From an uncultured bacterium (GTDB lineage: Bacteria; Patescibacteriota; Minisyncoccia; Phycocordibacterales; UBA9973), in NCBI GenBank assembly GCA_903894565.1, contig CAITQP010000004.1, positions 9,957-73,956 of the forward strand: a stretch of 64,000 nucleotides of DNA. Reading direction: 5' to 3'. The number at the start of each line of letters is the position of its first letter. The first letter of the stretch is position 1. This document shows, one piece after another, positions 47,089-57,624 of the stretch. The translations under genes and the position numbers were made by a program. The notes beneath the pieces were generated by a model. It searched no databases, was not told where the DNA came from, and was given only the letters and a program-made list of their open reading frames with translations.

Positions 47089-50000
47089 TTAGTAACTACA
47101 AAACGAAGCATCAGAACCCGTAACAAGCACCCCGCTTGCATTTCGTGCCCATGCTTGTAAGTGCCAAGGCGTATTACACGAGATTGCTCCGATCGGAACA
47201 GTAGCTGTAAATGTGCCTGTTCCTGTCATTGTTGGTCCTGGCACAGTGGCATTGACCGAACCAGATGAATACGCGGTCGTTCTTCCATAATAGAAACCGA
47301 CACTCGCGCTTGAAGCTCCTGCTCCGAGCGAGATAAGATTACCCTTCAACAGAGCAGAAGAGGAACTGAGAAGTGCTCCTGAAACAGTCGACACACTTGG
47401 GTTACATACAACAGTGGTAAAGAGTGCATCCGCACCATTCGCTGAGCCTCCAGTATTGGTGGCTTTTGCGCGATAATGATATGTCGTATTACATGCAAGG
47501 CTCGAAACTGAACCAGTGAATGTTCCAGTTGTACTCAACGTACCAGCGGAGACGGTAGAACCATATGATGTCGTCAATCCATATTCAAAACTGACTGTTG
47601 TACTTGAAGCTCCACCGGTACTTGTGAGATTGCCTCCGATGGTCGCACTGAATTGTCCTACCCCACTCGCGCTTGTTGTCGCGACAGTTGGAGCACATGC
47701 GGAGGTTGTGAATGAAGTATCTCCGCCATTCGCTGAACCTCCGGTATTTGTAGCCTTTGCGCGATAATGATATGTCGTATTACATGCAAGACTTGAGACT
47801 GAGCTACTAAATATTCCCGTCGTACTCATTGTTCCTGCTGATATGGTTGAGCCATATGAAGTTGTTGTTCCGTACTCGAAGCCAACTGTTGTACTTGAAG
47901 CTCCACCGGTGCTTGTGAGATTTCCACCAAGAGTGGCCGTCGCTACACCGACAGCACTCGCCGATGTTGTTGCCACTACTGGCAGACCAATCGGGCACGC
48001 ACTTGTTGTGAACGAGAGTGTCGAACCAGCAGCCGAATGACTACCGTTATTTGTCACGGTCGCATTAAATGTATATGTCGTGTTACAAGTAAGGCCTGTT
48101 AGGTTATACGAATATGGTGATGGTGCTAGTGTGATTAAGCCAGTAAGTATGACCGCCGTTCCAAAACTTCCGGCAAATCCTCGAGTTGCACTTGTCGCAC
48201 CCGAGCCAAGAGAAGTGACTGTTCCATTCAATGTTGCTCCTGTTGCAGTGATCCCCGTCGCGGTATTCGTCGTAACCGATGGAGAACCGACTGGACACGC
48301 AGTCGTCGTAAACGTGAGGTCCGCTCCGTTTGCAGGACCCGAACCATTCAACGCGTCAGCTTGGAAATAATATGTCGTTCCACACGTGAGGCCTGAAATA
48401 TTTTCATGAAATGCACCAACCGAAGTTACAACTCCTGAAGTCGAAAGGGTGTAGGCAGTTGATGTATCGTATTGGAAGAATGTTACGGTAGAAGGATCTC
48501 CTCCATTACTGGTAAGATTGCCGTTCAAGACAACACTTGTGCCAGTAACTGATGCCGCACTCACTGTCGTAACTGACGGTCCGCCGGTACACGCGTCGGT
48601 TGTAAAATTCTGGATAGAACCTACGGCTGAAACGCTCGCGTCGTTAACGACTTGAGCTTGATAATAATACGTAGTGCCACACGATAGCCCGTAAAGAACA
48701 GAGAGGTATGTATGAGGAACGGTCGTAATCCAAAGCGGACCACCAACAGCGACAGTCGTACCGAGTGCCGTAGTTGTGCCGTATTCAAAACTCGGTGTGA
48801 CGCTCAACGCTCCAGTACCCAGCGCCGTAACCGTGGCGTTCATGACACCACTTGTAGCACTAATCGTCGTGGCTGTATTTGTGGTGACCAGAGGTGCACC
48901 CGCTGGACACGGAGCTGTTCGAAATACGATTGAAGCACCGCTCGCTGAAAGCGCGACGTTGTTTGTAATTTTTGCAATATAACTATACGAAGAATCACAA
49001 GTGAGCCCAGACACATTTGCCGTGAAGGTGCCAGTTCCAAACGTTCCAGATACGGTGATCGGAGCACCGAAACTTGTGGTAAATCCGCGACTGGTGATAC
49101 TTGTTGCTCCAAGACCAAGCGACGTTACGTTTGCATTCAGGGTTGCAGTTGTTGTCGTGATTGCAGTTGCAGCAACAGTTGTAACAACAGGTGCTCCAAT
49201 CGGACATGCAGCAGTTACAAAAGATATTGTGCCGCCTGAACTTGAGACACTCGCGTTGTTTGTCGCCGTAGCAATAAAATTGTAACCCGTATTACACGTG
49301 AGGCCAGTGATCATCGAGGAGAACGTTCCTGTTCCAAAAGTACCAGTCATCGTGATGGGAACTCCAAAGCTACCAGTAAATCCGCGACTCGTTATGCTTG
49401 TCGCTCCAGTACCCATGCTTGTTACATTTCCGTTAATGGTAGCACTTGTCGTTGTAATCGAAGTTGCGCTTGTTGTTGTAACAACAGGTGCTCCGATAGG
49501 ACAAGCACTTGTGGTAAATGAAAGTGCTGATCCGGTACCAGTCAATCCGGCATCATTTACGGCACTCGCCGTAAATGTATATGTTGTATGACACGTCAAA
49601 CCAACAAGATCTTGAGAAAACGCTGATGGTAGAGTTCTAATCACTGTCATTGTCGTGCCCGAGCCTCCAGAACTTGAAGTCAATGTACGGCTCGTGATTG
49701 ATGTTGCGCTTGTACCAAATGCTGTGACGTGTCCGTTGATTGTTGCGGTGGTTGTTGTTATTGCAGTTGCAGGATCGGTGATTACTGTTGGAGCGGTGGC
49801 TGGGCAGGCTGGTGTGGTGAATGAGACTGGGGTGAGATCAGTCGTTGCTCCCCCACCTGCATTTGTTGCTGTCGCAAAATATGAATATGTGGTGCCACAA
49901 GCGACTGTTGTTGTACCAGAAAAATTGGTAAGCGATGTGAGTGTTGGAGTTGATGAAGCGACAGTTGCACCGCCGAAATTAAATGAGACCGAAGATGAAG

Positions 50001-52028
50001 TGAGGGCCCACTTGCTCCTATTCCGAATGAGTCGAGATGTCCTTTGAGTGTTGCTGTCGTACCGGAAACGGTTGCCGTCACTGTGTGTACTGTTGGCGGC
50101 ACAAGTGAACACGCGAGTGTTGTGAACGACATATCTGAACCAGTGCCCATTCCTGTTGTGTTCTGCGCGTACGCACGGAAGTGATATGAGGTCGCGCAGG
50201 AAAGACCAGTGATCGTAAGCGTATACGGACCCGTACTAAATGTACCCACTCCAGAATCAATTGCTGGATCAAGACCGATCGTCGTAAGTGTTGGTGTTGT
50301 GTTATAAGAAAAACCACGTGCAGAGGCACTCGATGCTCCGCCAAGCGACACAATCGTGCCGTTGAAAGTAGCACTCGTACTTCCTGGAGTCACGCTATCC
50401 GTCGTGACGAGTGGTGGCGTCAAACAAATAGACGTTGTGAATGTCATGTCCGCTCCGTTTGTAGTGCCGATGGAATTCGTCGCCCAGGCTCGATAATGAT
50501 AGAGCGTATTACATGTGAGGCTAGCTATGGTGGTATTCACAAATAAAGTTGGAACAGTGTATGGAGCGGACATTGTTACCGTAGATCCATATGCAGTTGT
50601 CGTTCCGTAATTGAATCCAGCAGTCGCGCTTGGTGCTCCACCGAGGTCGGTGAGATTCCCGGTGAGAGTAACTGTGCTCGTGGTAATACTAGTTGCGCTA
50701 ACGGTGAGAACTGTTGGAGAAACAGGTGGGCACGATGACGTCGTAAACGACATGTCTACACCGTGTGCAGACCCCATTGAATTTATAGCTGTTGCCTCGA
50801 AGTGATATCCAGTCGCACAAGTGAGTCCCGTAAGATTTGCAGTAAACGTGCCTGGAGATATTTGTATTCCGGCACTAGCGGTACTTCCGTAGAGACTAGA
50901 AGTACCCCATGAAAATCCAACACTATTAGAAACACCAGCACCCCCCGTATCAGTTATATTTCCAGTAATAGTTGCTGTTGTTTGAGTTATTGCACTGCTA
51001 CTCACCGTAAGCACGGTAGGTGGGACAACCGTATTTTCATAAATAAACTCTCCATAATTAGCGGCCGCGTACTTTGTGCCAGTCGCATCTGATGCTGTTT
51101 TATACCAATTACCTATGCCAGCTCCTGTCTCAGCGGTCCAGTGCACCCCACGATCATGAGAAACATATATGTATGTTCCTGAGCTTCCTGCAATAAGAGT
51201 ATTCCCTGACGCATCAGAGGCAACGTCTACCCAATTATGCATCCCCGAAGAACCGCTGTAATCAGTCCAAGTTGCACCATAATTTGTCGACATCCAAATA
51301 TATCCGTATTGATCGGTAGCAGCCAAATACTGCCCTGTTGCGTCAGAGGCGATTCCCGCCCAACTACCACTCGCATGAATACCCGATGATGCAACAGTCC
51401 AGTGAGCACCGTAATCATTCGAGACAGAAATTCCACCTCCACTCCATGCACTCGCAGCTAAATATCTTCCGGTAGAATCGGAAACAATTTTTCTCCAACT
51501 ATTACCACCCGAGGATCCGATTCCATGTGCATCAGGAAAATCGGTCCAGGTTAGCCCCGCATCAGATGATGTCCAGATATATCCACGTTGATCTGTGGCG
51601 GCAAGATGTGATCCGTCAGAAGAAGAAGAAACTCCTCCCCAGTAAATAACACCGGAGGAGCAATTGTGAAGAGACCATGTTACGCCTGCGTCTGTTGAAA
51701 TAGAAATACAACCGGTTGATGTTTGAGAAACAGCAACGAGCTTACTTCCTGTTGAATCGGAGGCAACAGCATACCAGTCTGAAAAACCAGAAGAACCATA
51801 CCCGCGAGCATTCGGAAAATCAGTCCATGTCAGACCGGTATCTGCTGACACCCACACAAATCCTGAACCAACAGCCGCAAGATGGGTCCCATCAGAAGAA
51901 GAAACTATTGAGTTCCAAGTCCCAGCCCCTGAACTCCCTCCATGATTCGTCCACGCTGCAAACGTATGTGGAGTAGCGACGAAAAAAAAGATAGCCGCGA
52001 GAAATCCTATCAAAAGAAATTTTTTCAT
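47089..52028 (-). pseudogene. Giant secreted adhesin-like protein (Asp-box propeller plus 13 two-Cys FnIII-like repeats), frameshifted near 50008
   Basis: ORFs 49782..52028 and 47089..50112 are two halves of one repeat array, and repeat 4 changes frame at GGGCCC. Signal peptide and SxDxGxTW repeats at the N-terminus. Confidence 0.8.
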
Positions 52029-52034
52029 ATACTT

Positions 52035-52517
52035 TTATTTACGCAAGGCAGCGCAGGCTAAGGTGGTAAATTTTTGGGCCGCACCGAAGGTGCGGCCATT
52101 TGGATTTGTCGCAACAGTTCGGTAATAGTATGTCGTGTGGCACGTAAGCCCTGTCGCAGTAGCCGTTACCATCAAACCATCTGGAGACACTGTCCCCTTC
52201 ACTGTTTGTCCGTACGATGGGGTTGTGCCGTACATGAAGCTTGGTGTTGCAGCATTCGATTGATCGGTCGCAGAAATTTTGCCAGTAAACACAGCAGTCG
52301 TTCCTGTGATTTGTGATGGAGTAAGTGTCGTAGAGGCAGGAACACTTGGGGGTGTCTCCTTTACGACTGGTGCTTGAACCGTATTGATGACCTTTCCAGA
52401 GTTATCGAGACTATTCAAATGGAGGTACTTATACGTAAAGAAACCTGCAAGAACCAAAACAACCACAATAATAATAGCCTTGAGAGAATCGTTCTCCGGA
52501 TTGTTCCAAAAATTCAT
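52035..52517 (-). CDS. Membrane-anchored protein with one two-Cys FnIII-like repeat
   Basis: TM helix, then FMYGTTPSYG...GLTCHTTYYYR...FTTLAC, the same repeat as the downstream giant gene. Confidence 0.78.
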   Translation of the reverse strand: MNFWNNPENDSLKAIIIVVVLVLAGFFTYKYLHLNSLDNSGKVINTVQAPVVKETPPSVPASTTLTPSQITGTTAVFTGKISATDQSNAATPSFMYGTTPSYGQTVKGTVSPDGLMVTATATGLTCHTTYYYRTVATNPNGRTFGAAQKFTTLACAALRK

Positions 52518-52559
52518 ATTAAAATTGTACAATGTTTGAAGCGAAATGCAATGCCTCTC

Positions 52560-52892
52560 CTACGGGTCAATGTCTGTTTTGACTCGAATAAAAACATCCT
52601 TACCGTCAGGTGTTTTTTCTTTTATATATTTGCGCTTCTTATTGATTTCAATTTTGCGCGTAAGCTCACTCTCGAGATCGTAGCCAAGCTGTTCGCACAT
52701 ACCGAGCAAAAAAATCGCGACATCGGCAATCTCTTCGGCTACTCCTGGCTGACTCTTACTGAATTTTGAAAATGCTTCTGAGAGCTCTTCATGCGCGCGA
52801 CAAAATTCAAATGCAATATCGGTCGTATTAAAACCTTTTTCGATTTTATTCTGCATCACCTCTTTCTGTAATTGTTTGAGATCTACTGACAT
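52560..52892 (-). CDS. MazG-like nucleotide pyrophosphohydrolase
   Basis: HEELSEA...AEEIADVAIFL...KIEINKKR. Confidence 0.85.
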   Translation of the reverse strand: MSVDLKQLQKEVMQNKIEKGFNTTDIAFEFCRAHEELSEAFSKFSKSQPGVAEEIADVAIFLLGMCEQLGYDLESELTRKIEINKKRKYIKEKTPDGKDVFIRVKTDIDP

Positions 52893-52898
52893 ATATAT

Positions 52899-53399
52899 TT
52901 ACTGATCTGTATAATTCTCGACTTCGTTACTGAGTATCACCAATTCCACGCAAGCGTCTTTAAAAATTTCTTTGGTACGCCCCGCTGCATGATAGTCCTT
53001 GGCACACACAACACGTGTAATACCCGCATTGATAATCACCTTTGCACAGTTGTAACACGGAACCATTTTGACATAAATTGTCGAGCCATCAATCGCAACA
53101 CCGAATCGTGCCGCGTTCGCAATAGCGTTCGTCTCTGAGTGTGTCGTGCGAATACAATGTCGCGACGTACTACCATCTTCATTCGTGACGGTGTGCATCT
53201 CATGCCCTACTTCATCACAGTGGGCGAGACCTCGAGGTGAACCAGCATAGCCTGTCGCAAGAATTCGTTTGTCCTTCGTAATCACACAACCAACATGACC
53301 GCGGTCACAGGTACCACGCGAGCCAACAAGGTCCGCCATTTGGAGGAAATATTCATCCCATGAAGGTCGAGCCTGTTTAGTTGGAATATTGTCTGACAT
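52899..53399 (-). CDS. dCMP deaminase family protein
   Basis: RPSWDEYF, TGYAGSP, HSETNA, PCYNCAK. Confidence 0.92.
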   Translation of the reverse strand: MSDNIPTKQARPSWDEYFLQMADLVGSRGTCDRGHVGCVITKDKRILATGYAGSPRGLAHCDEVGHEMHTVTNEDGSTSRHCIRTTHSETNAIANAARFGVAIDGSTIYVKMVPCYNCAKVIINAGITRVVCAKDYHAAGRTKEIFKDACVELVILSNEVENYTDQ

Positions 53400-53420
53400 A
53401 CGATGAGTATACTCGCCGGA

Positions 53421-54125
53421 CTACTTTTTACCAATCTTACGGAACATTGGACCATACACGTCCTCTTCGATCGGAATGAGCAATTCTTTTTTGTTCACAC
53501 GATCAGTAAATTCGATTTCTGCGCCAGTAATAATCGCGAGCGGACGGCACTCTTTGCCCTCTCCCATCGGGAGCACTGCGGTCGTAGCAAGTGCGTCAGC
53601 AACGTCAGTACGTGTCATTGTGAGTTTGCGTCCAAAAATATCTGGTGTTCCGCGATAGTCACGAATTCCTTTGAATCCTGCGTAGCCGAGAGCAACACCG
53701 ACAACACCTGCACGAAGTGGGAGCAAGCGTGAATCAGTAATGAGTACCCCGAGCTCCTTCACACCGTAATGCTTCATAAGTTTCTTACGCATCTCACTTG
53801 CAGCTTTGTATGAATCTTTTGGAAGTAGCACAATTTTGCCGTCAGCGTTTGATTCATCCACACCAGCATTCGCCACGAGCATTCCATCTTTGATGGTGAG
53901 CCAGACATATTCAGTCTCGAGGGCGAATTCTGATTCCGAACGAATGAGCGCTTCCTTTTCTTTTTCTGTGCCGAGCTTCGCTGTTCGCCCCTCAGACAAT
54001 GCAACAATTTTTGATGTAATGACAATAACAGAACGCTCGGGAGCTCGTTTAATAAAACGAGTAACAAAGGCAAAAAGATCTTCATTTTCAGCAAATACTT
54101 TTGTGGTGATTGGTTTAATATTCAT
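53421..54125 (-). CDS. CofE-family gamma-glutamyl ligase, putative folate glutamate ligase
   Basis: VITSKIVALSEGR, ANAGVDESNA, GVLITDS..PLRAG, DYRGTPDIFGRKL, MGEGKECRPLAII. Confidence 0.85.
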   Translation of the reverse strand: MNIKPITTKVFAENEDLFAFVTRFIKRAPERSVIVITSKIVALSEGRTAKLGTEKEKEALIRSESEFALETEYVWLTIKDGMLVANAGVDESNADGKIVLLPKDSYKAASEMRKKLMKHYGVKELGVLITDSRLLPLRAGVVGVALGYAGFKGIRDYRGTPDIFGRKLTMTRTDVADALATTAVLPMGEGKECRPLAIITGAEIEFTDRVNKKELLIPIEEDVYGPMFRKIGKK

Positions 54126-54129
54126 ACTA

Positions 54130-54660
54130 TTATTTATTACGAACGTATCGAAGCACTATCGTACCATGAGGATTCAATTTTTTCACGGAAACAAGTTTAA
54201 ACTGTGTCCGAAGTTTCCCTTCGGCGAACAATTGTTTCCCTCCTCCAAGAATGACCGGTTCGATGGTAAGGTGCAATTCATCAAACAATCCGAGATCAAG
54301 CATAGTCCGATATGCTTCCGATCCTCCAACAATAGCGACCATTTTATGCTCTGCGCAAAGTGTGCCAATGTCCGTGTGTCGTGGATTGAGAAACGTTACT
54401 GATCCTGTGACTTTTGGTTTTATGACTTTGCTCGTTAGGACGTATGCGACACGTTTGTCGATGTGATCTTGAGCTACACGATAGGTCCGAGAACCGGCGA
54501 CGACCGCGCTCGCTTTCGCGAGCGCGGTCTGAAAGTACTTCCAATCTTCTCCACTCGTCCAATCAGGCATGCGCGAAGTATCGGTGGAAATATACCCATC
54601 AATACTCACAGCGGCATACGCAACGTATCGAGTTCTAGGCTGTCGTTTTTGATGTGTCAT
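54130..54660 (-). CDS. RibD C-terminal/DHFR-like reductase domain protein
   Basis: AAVSIDGYI, AGSRTY, IVGGS, DELHLTIEPVILGGGKQLF. Confidence 0.88.
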   Translation of the reverse strand: MTHQKRQPRTRYVAYAAVSIDGYISTDTSRMPDWTSGEDWKYFQTALAKASAVVAGSRTYRVAQDHIDKRVAYVLTSKVIKPKVTGSVTFLNPRHTDIGTLCAEHKMVAIVGGSEAYRTMLDLGLFDELHLTIEPVILGGGKQLFAEGKLRTQFKLVSVKKLNPHGTIVLRYVRNK

Positions 54661-55291
54661 TGTCACGAAGAAGTTTGATTCCGAGATACGAAAGTGGTGT
54701 ATATGCAACGCCCATTAATACTTTGTAAATCCACCACGGAATAATCATCAATATGAGTTTGTGGTTTGAATAAATTCCTGCAAATGCGACAACAGTAAAA
54801 ATAACCGTATCAAACAATTGTGACCAAATATTTGAAAGATTTGATCGCAGCCAAAAATACTTGCTCCCTTGTCGCGCCTTGAAGAAAAAGAATGCGAGCA
54901 CGTCTTGGTATTCTCCGATTGCGAATGCGAGTACTGAGGCGATTGAGATACGAATTGAGACACTATAGAGCGTATTGTACGCATCGTGCGCCCACATACT
55001 CGCGACAGACCACGGCATAAGCATGGAAATAATATTGAACACCATGAATGAGAGCACAGCAAAAAACCCCGCAAAGACGAATTGTCGCGCGAGTTTTTTA
55101 CCATATACTTCTCCGATGATATCGGTCATCAAGAACACAAATGGAAAATAAAAAACAGACACTGATAGGTGCGTCCCAAAAAGAAACGGCATGGTTTTGA
55201 TACCAAGCGTATTTGAGGCAATGAGCGCTGTGATATAGAGCACGAGACACACGAATACTTTCTTCTGATCACGAGGAGCGAGTTGTTCCAT
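54635..55291 (-). CDS. Queuosine precursor transporter (YhhQ/VUT family)
   Basis: LIASN, FPFVFLMTDIIGEVYGKK, RISIAS, WLRSNLSNIWSQLFDTVIF. Confidence 0.9.
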   Translation of the reverse strand: MEQLAPRDQKKVFVCLVLYITALIASNTLGIKTMPFLFGTHLSVSVFYFPFVFLMTDIIGEVYGKKLARQFVFAGFFAVLSFMVFNIISMLMPWSVASMWAHDAYNTLYSVSIRISIASVLAFAIGEYQDVLAFFFFKARQGSKYFWLRSNLSNIWSQLFDTVIFTVVAFAGIYSNHKLILMIIPWWIYKVLMGVAYTPLSYLGIKLLRDNDTSKTTA

Positions 55292-55316
55292 TATTATTGT
55301 TTTATATTATAAAAAT

Positions 55317-55343
55317 AAAAACCACCCTTTCGGGCGGTCTTTA
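55317..55343 (-). terminator. Terminator directly after rplK
   Basis: Minus strand gaccgccc-gaaa-gggtggttttt. Confidence 0.75.
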
Positions 55344-55347
55344 TCGT

Positions 55348-55773
55348 TTAGCCTTTGATTTCGATACCAGCCTGGCGAGCACTTCCAGCAACGATTTTCA
55401 TCGCGCCTTCAATGTCCTTCGCATTGAGGTCCGGCATTTTCTTTTCGGCAATTTCTTTGAGCTGAGCTTTTGTGATACTTCCAGCTTTTGAAGTATTTGG
55501 TTTACCCGAACCCTTCTCGATGCCTGCCGCCTTAAAGAGGAGGCCTGCGACTGGAGGAGTCTTGATGAGGAAATCGTAACTACGATCCTCGTACACAGTA
55601 ATCACGACACCAACGGTGTCACCCATCATCTTTGAAGTTGCTGCATTGAACTTGGTAACGAAGTCACCGATGTTCACGCCAGCCTGACCGAGTGCAGGTC
55701 CAAGTGGTGGCGCTGGTGTTGCTCGTCCCGCTGGGATCTGAACTTTGACTTTCTTTGTAATTTTTTTCGCCAT
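55348..55773 (-). CDS. rplK: 50S ribosomal protein L11
   Basis: [32 protein letters not shown]. Confidence 0.99.
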   Translation of the reverse strand: MAKKITKKVKVQIPAGRATPAPPLGPALGQAGVNIGDFVTKFNAATSKMMGDTVGVVITVYEDRSYDFLIKTPPVAGLLFKAAGIEKGSGKPNTSKAGSITKAQLKEIAEKKMPDLNAKDIEGAMKIVAGSARQAGIEIKG

Positions 55774-55895
55774 AAATAGATTAGTGAGCTTATAACTAGA
55801 GAGGTTTTAGTAGAAGCCAAAAACACCGACTAGTTCCGATACATTACCAGAAAAGGGTGGTTTTGGCAATTGCCAACAGAACGAGCACAATTTCT

Positions 55896-56444
55896 TTACA
55901 TCTTCTTGATTTGGAGGAAGTCGAGCTCAACTGGAGTTTCGCGACCGAACATTGAAACGAGAACGCGGATTTTGCCACGGTCTTGGTCGACATCGTTGAC
56001 CTTACCTTCAAGGTCTTTGAATGGGCCATCAACGATTGAAACGAGATCTCCGACTGCAACGTCAATCGCATGCTTCGCGTTGTCGTTTGTTCCCATTGTC
56101 TTAAAGAGTGCGTCAACTTCTTTTTGGTTGAGAGGCACTGGGTTTACTCCGGCACCAACGAATCCTGTAACACGAGGAGTGTTGCGAACAACGTACCATG
56201 AATCGTCCGTCACAATCATATCAACAAGGACATATCCAGGGTAGACTTTTTCTTCTACTTCGACACGCTTCCCTGCCTTGATTTTGATCTTCTTCTCCAT
56301 TGGTACGATCACATTAAAAATGCGGTCTTGCATACCGAGAGATTCGATACGCTGTTTTAAGTTACGCGCAACTGCGTTTTCGTAGCCCGCGTATGTGTGA
56401 ATCGCGTACCAACTGCGTTCTGGGGTGATTTCTTGTTTTGCCAT
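55896..56444 (-). CDS. nusG: Transcription factor NusG
   Basis: WYAIHTYAGYE, YPGYVLV, VRNTPRVTGFVG, MFGRETPVELDF. Confidence 0.98.
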   Translation of the reverse strand: MAKQEITPERSWYAIHTYAGYENAVARNLKQRIESLGMQDRIFNVIVPMEKKIKIKAGKRVEVEEKVYPGYVLVDMIVTDDSWYVVRNTPRVTGFVGAGVNPVPLNQKEVDALFKTMGTNDNAKHAIDVAVGDLVSIVDGPFKDLEGKVNDVDQDRGKIRVLVSMFGRETPVELDFLQIKKM

Positions 56445-56492
56445 AGTTTTGAAAAAATAAGACTAGTAATGTGCCCGGAAACGAAAACGCTA

Positions 56493-56675
56493 TTAAAATC
56501 CGAGAAGCTTCGCGAGGCCAAGCTGGAAAAGCTTGTCGAATGCTCCAAGGAGGTAGGCTACAACGAGTGAAATAATGATAACTGCGGCCGAATATGCGAT
56601 AGCCTGACGTCGTGTTGGCCATGTAACATGTTTGAATTCAGCACGTGTTTCTTTGATATATGAAGTGATTCCCAT
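56493..56675 (-). CDS. secE: Preprotein translocase subunit SecE
   Basis: ETRAEFKHVTWPTR plus a TM helix; upstream of nusG. Confidence 0.95.
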   Translation of the reverse strand: MGITSYIKETRAEFKHVTWPTRRQAIAYSAAVIIISLVVAYLLGAFDKLFQLGLAKLLGF

Positions 56676-56769
56676 AGTATTTGTTGGGCGAGAACGGAAT
56701 GTTCCAGCCAATTAAAAAAGCCCTGCGGGGCCTTCTATTGATAGAGTACCCTATTTTAAAGATGAAGTC

Positions 56770-56806
56770 AAAAGGGCGGGGGTGGCTTCGCCACCCCCGC
56801 CCTTTT
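56770..56806. terminator. 17-bp perfect GC-rich hairpin
   Basis: aaaagggcgggggtggc-ttc-gccacccccgccctttt. Confidence 0.75.
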
Positions 56807-56820
56807 CTTTCCTAAACTCC

Positions 56821-57621
56821 TTATTGTATCTGGTACGTAATAGTTACGTTTGAAACATACTTATTCTGTCCGACAGGAAGTGTCGATGCGTCACTTGTAC
56901 TTCCGGTAGCCATATCTGCCTTTGCAAACATAGGCATTGCAGCTCCCCCGCTTTGACCTTCGTTAAAACGAACGATACGAACGAGAGTCACATCAAGATC
57001 TCGAGCAAGTACTCGTGCTTTTGATTCAGCATCTGCGATTGCTTTCTTTCGTGCTTCGGCATTCACTGCATCGGCATTATCAACAGTAAAGTCTGGACCA
57101 GAAAGTCCTGTCACACCGAGTGATCCGAGTCCATCAACAATAGTGCCAACCTTCGCTGTATCGCGAATTTTAACCGTGATTGTCTGAGTCACCGTATAGC
57201 CAACCAATTTAGGAGTGGTGTTTACAGAAGAACATCCTTTGTCGATACATGGAGTTGGATACGTATATTCAGGATATGCACTATAGTTTGTTGTTTGAAT
57301 ATCTTTTTCTTCAATTCCAGATGTTTTCAAATAGGAAACTGCACTATTCACTTTGGATGCAACAGTCGTCTGAGCATCATGAACAGTTGTTGATTTTTGC
57401 TGTACGGTAAAACTTTCTGAGGCGACATCAGGGATCGCGAATGAAGTGCCTGTTCCACTCACATCTATTGTACTCACGTTACTGACATCTTGGCTTCCGG
57501 TACTAAAAATTTTTGTCTCGTTTACAAACTTCATGCCCATATAAAGCACAGTGACGATACCAAGGAAAAGGATCACTTTGCCCATCTGACTTGCACTTTT
57601 TTTATCGAATAGCGTATTCAT
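56821..57621 (-). CDS. SIMPL (DUF541) domain protein
   Basis: IDVSGTG...PDVA, GIEEKDIQT, ARKKAIADAESKA, VTITYQI. Confidence 0.9.
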   Translation of the reverse strand: MNTLFDKKSASQMGKVILFLGIVTVLYMGMKFVNETKIFSTGSQDVSNVSTIDVSGTGTSFAIPDVASESFTVQQKSTTVHDAQTTVASKVNSAVSYLKTSGIEEKDIQTTNYSAYPEYTYPTPCIDKGCSSVNTTPKLVGYTVTQTITVKIRDTAKVGTIVDGLGSLGVTGLSGPDFTVDNADAVNAEARKKAIADAESKARVLARDLDVTLVRIVRFNEGQSGGAAMPMFAKADMATGSTSDASTLPVGQNKYVSNVTITYQIQ

Positions 57622-57624
57622 AGT

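Noticed and set aside
47400-49520. CRISPR array or diversity-generating retroelement template/variable repeats
   Set aside because: The repeats are in-frame domain duplications of about 300 nt with mostly synonymous differences. No spacers, cas genes or reverse transcriptase are present.
53421-54125. Coenzyme F420 biosynthesis
   Set aside because: No other cof or fbi genes in the window; the folate and thymidylate context fits better.
55292-55347. preQ1 riboswitch upstream of the YhhQ transporter
   Set aside because: The short spacer contains only the rplK terminator and AT-rich sequence; no preQ1 consensus is seen.
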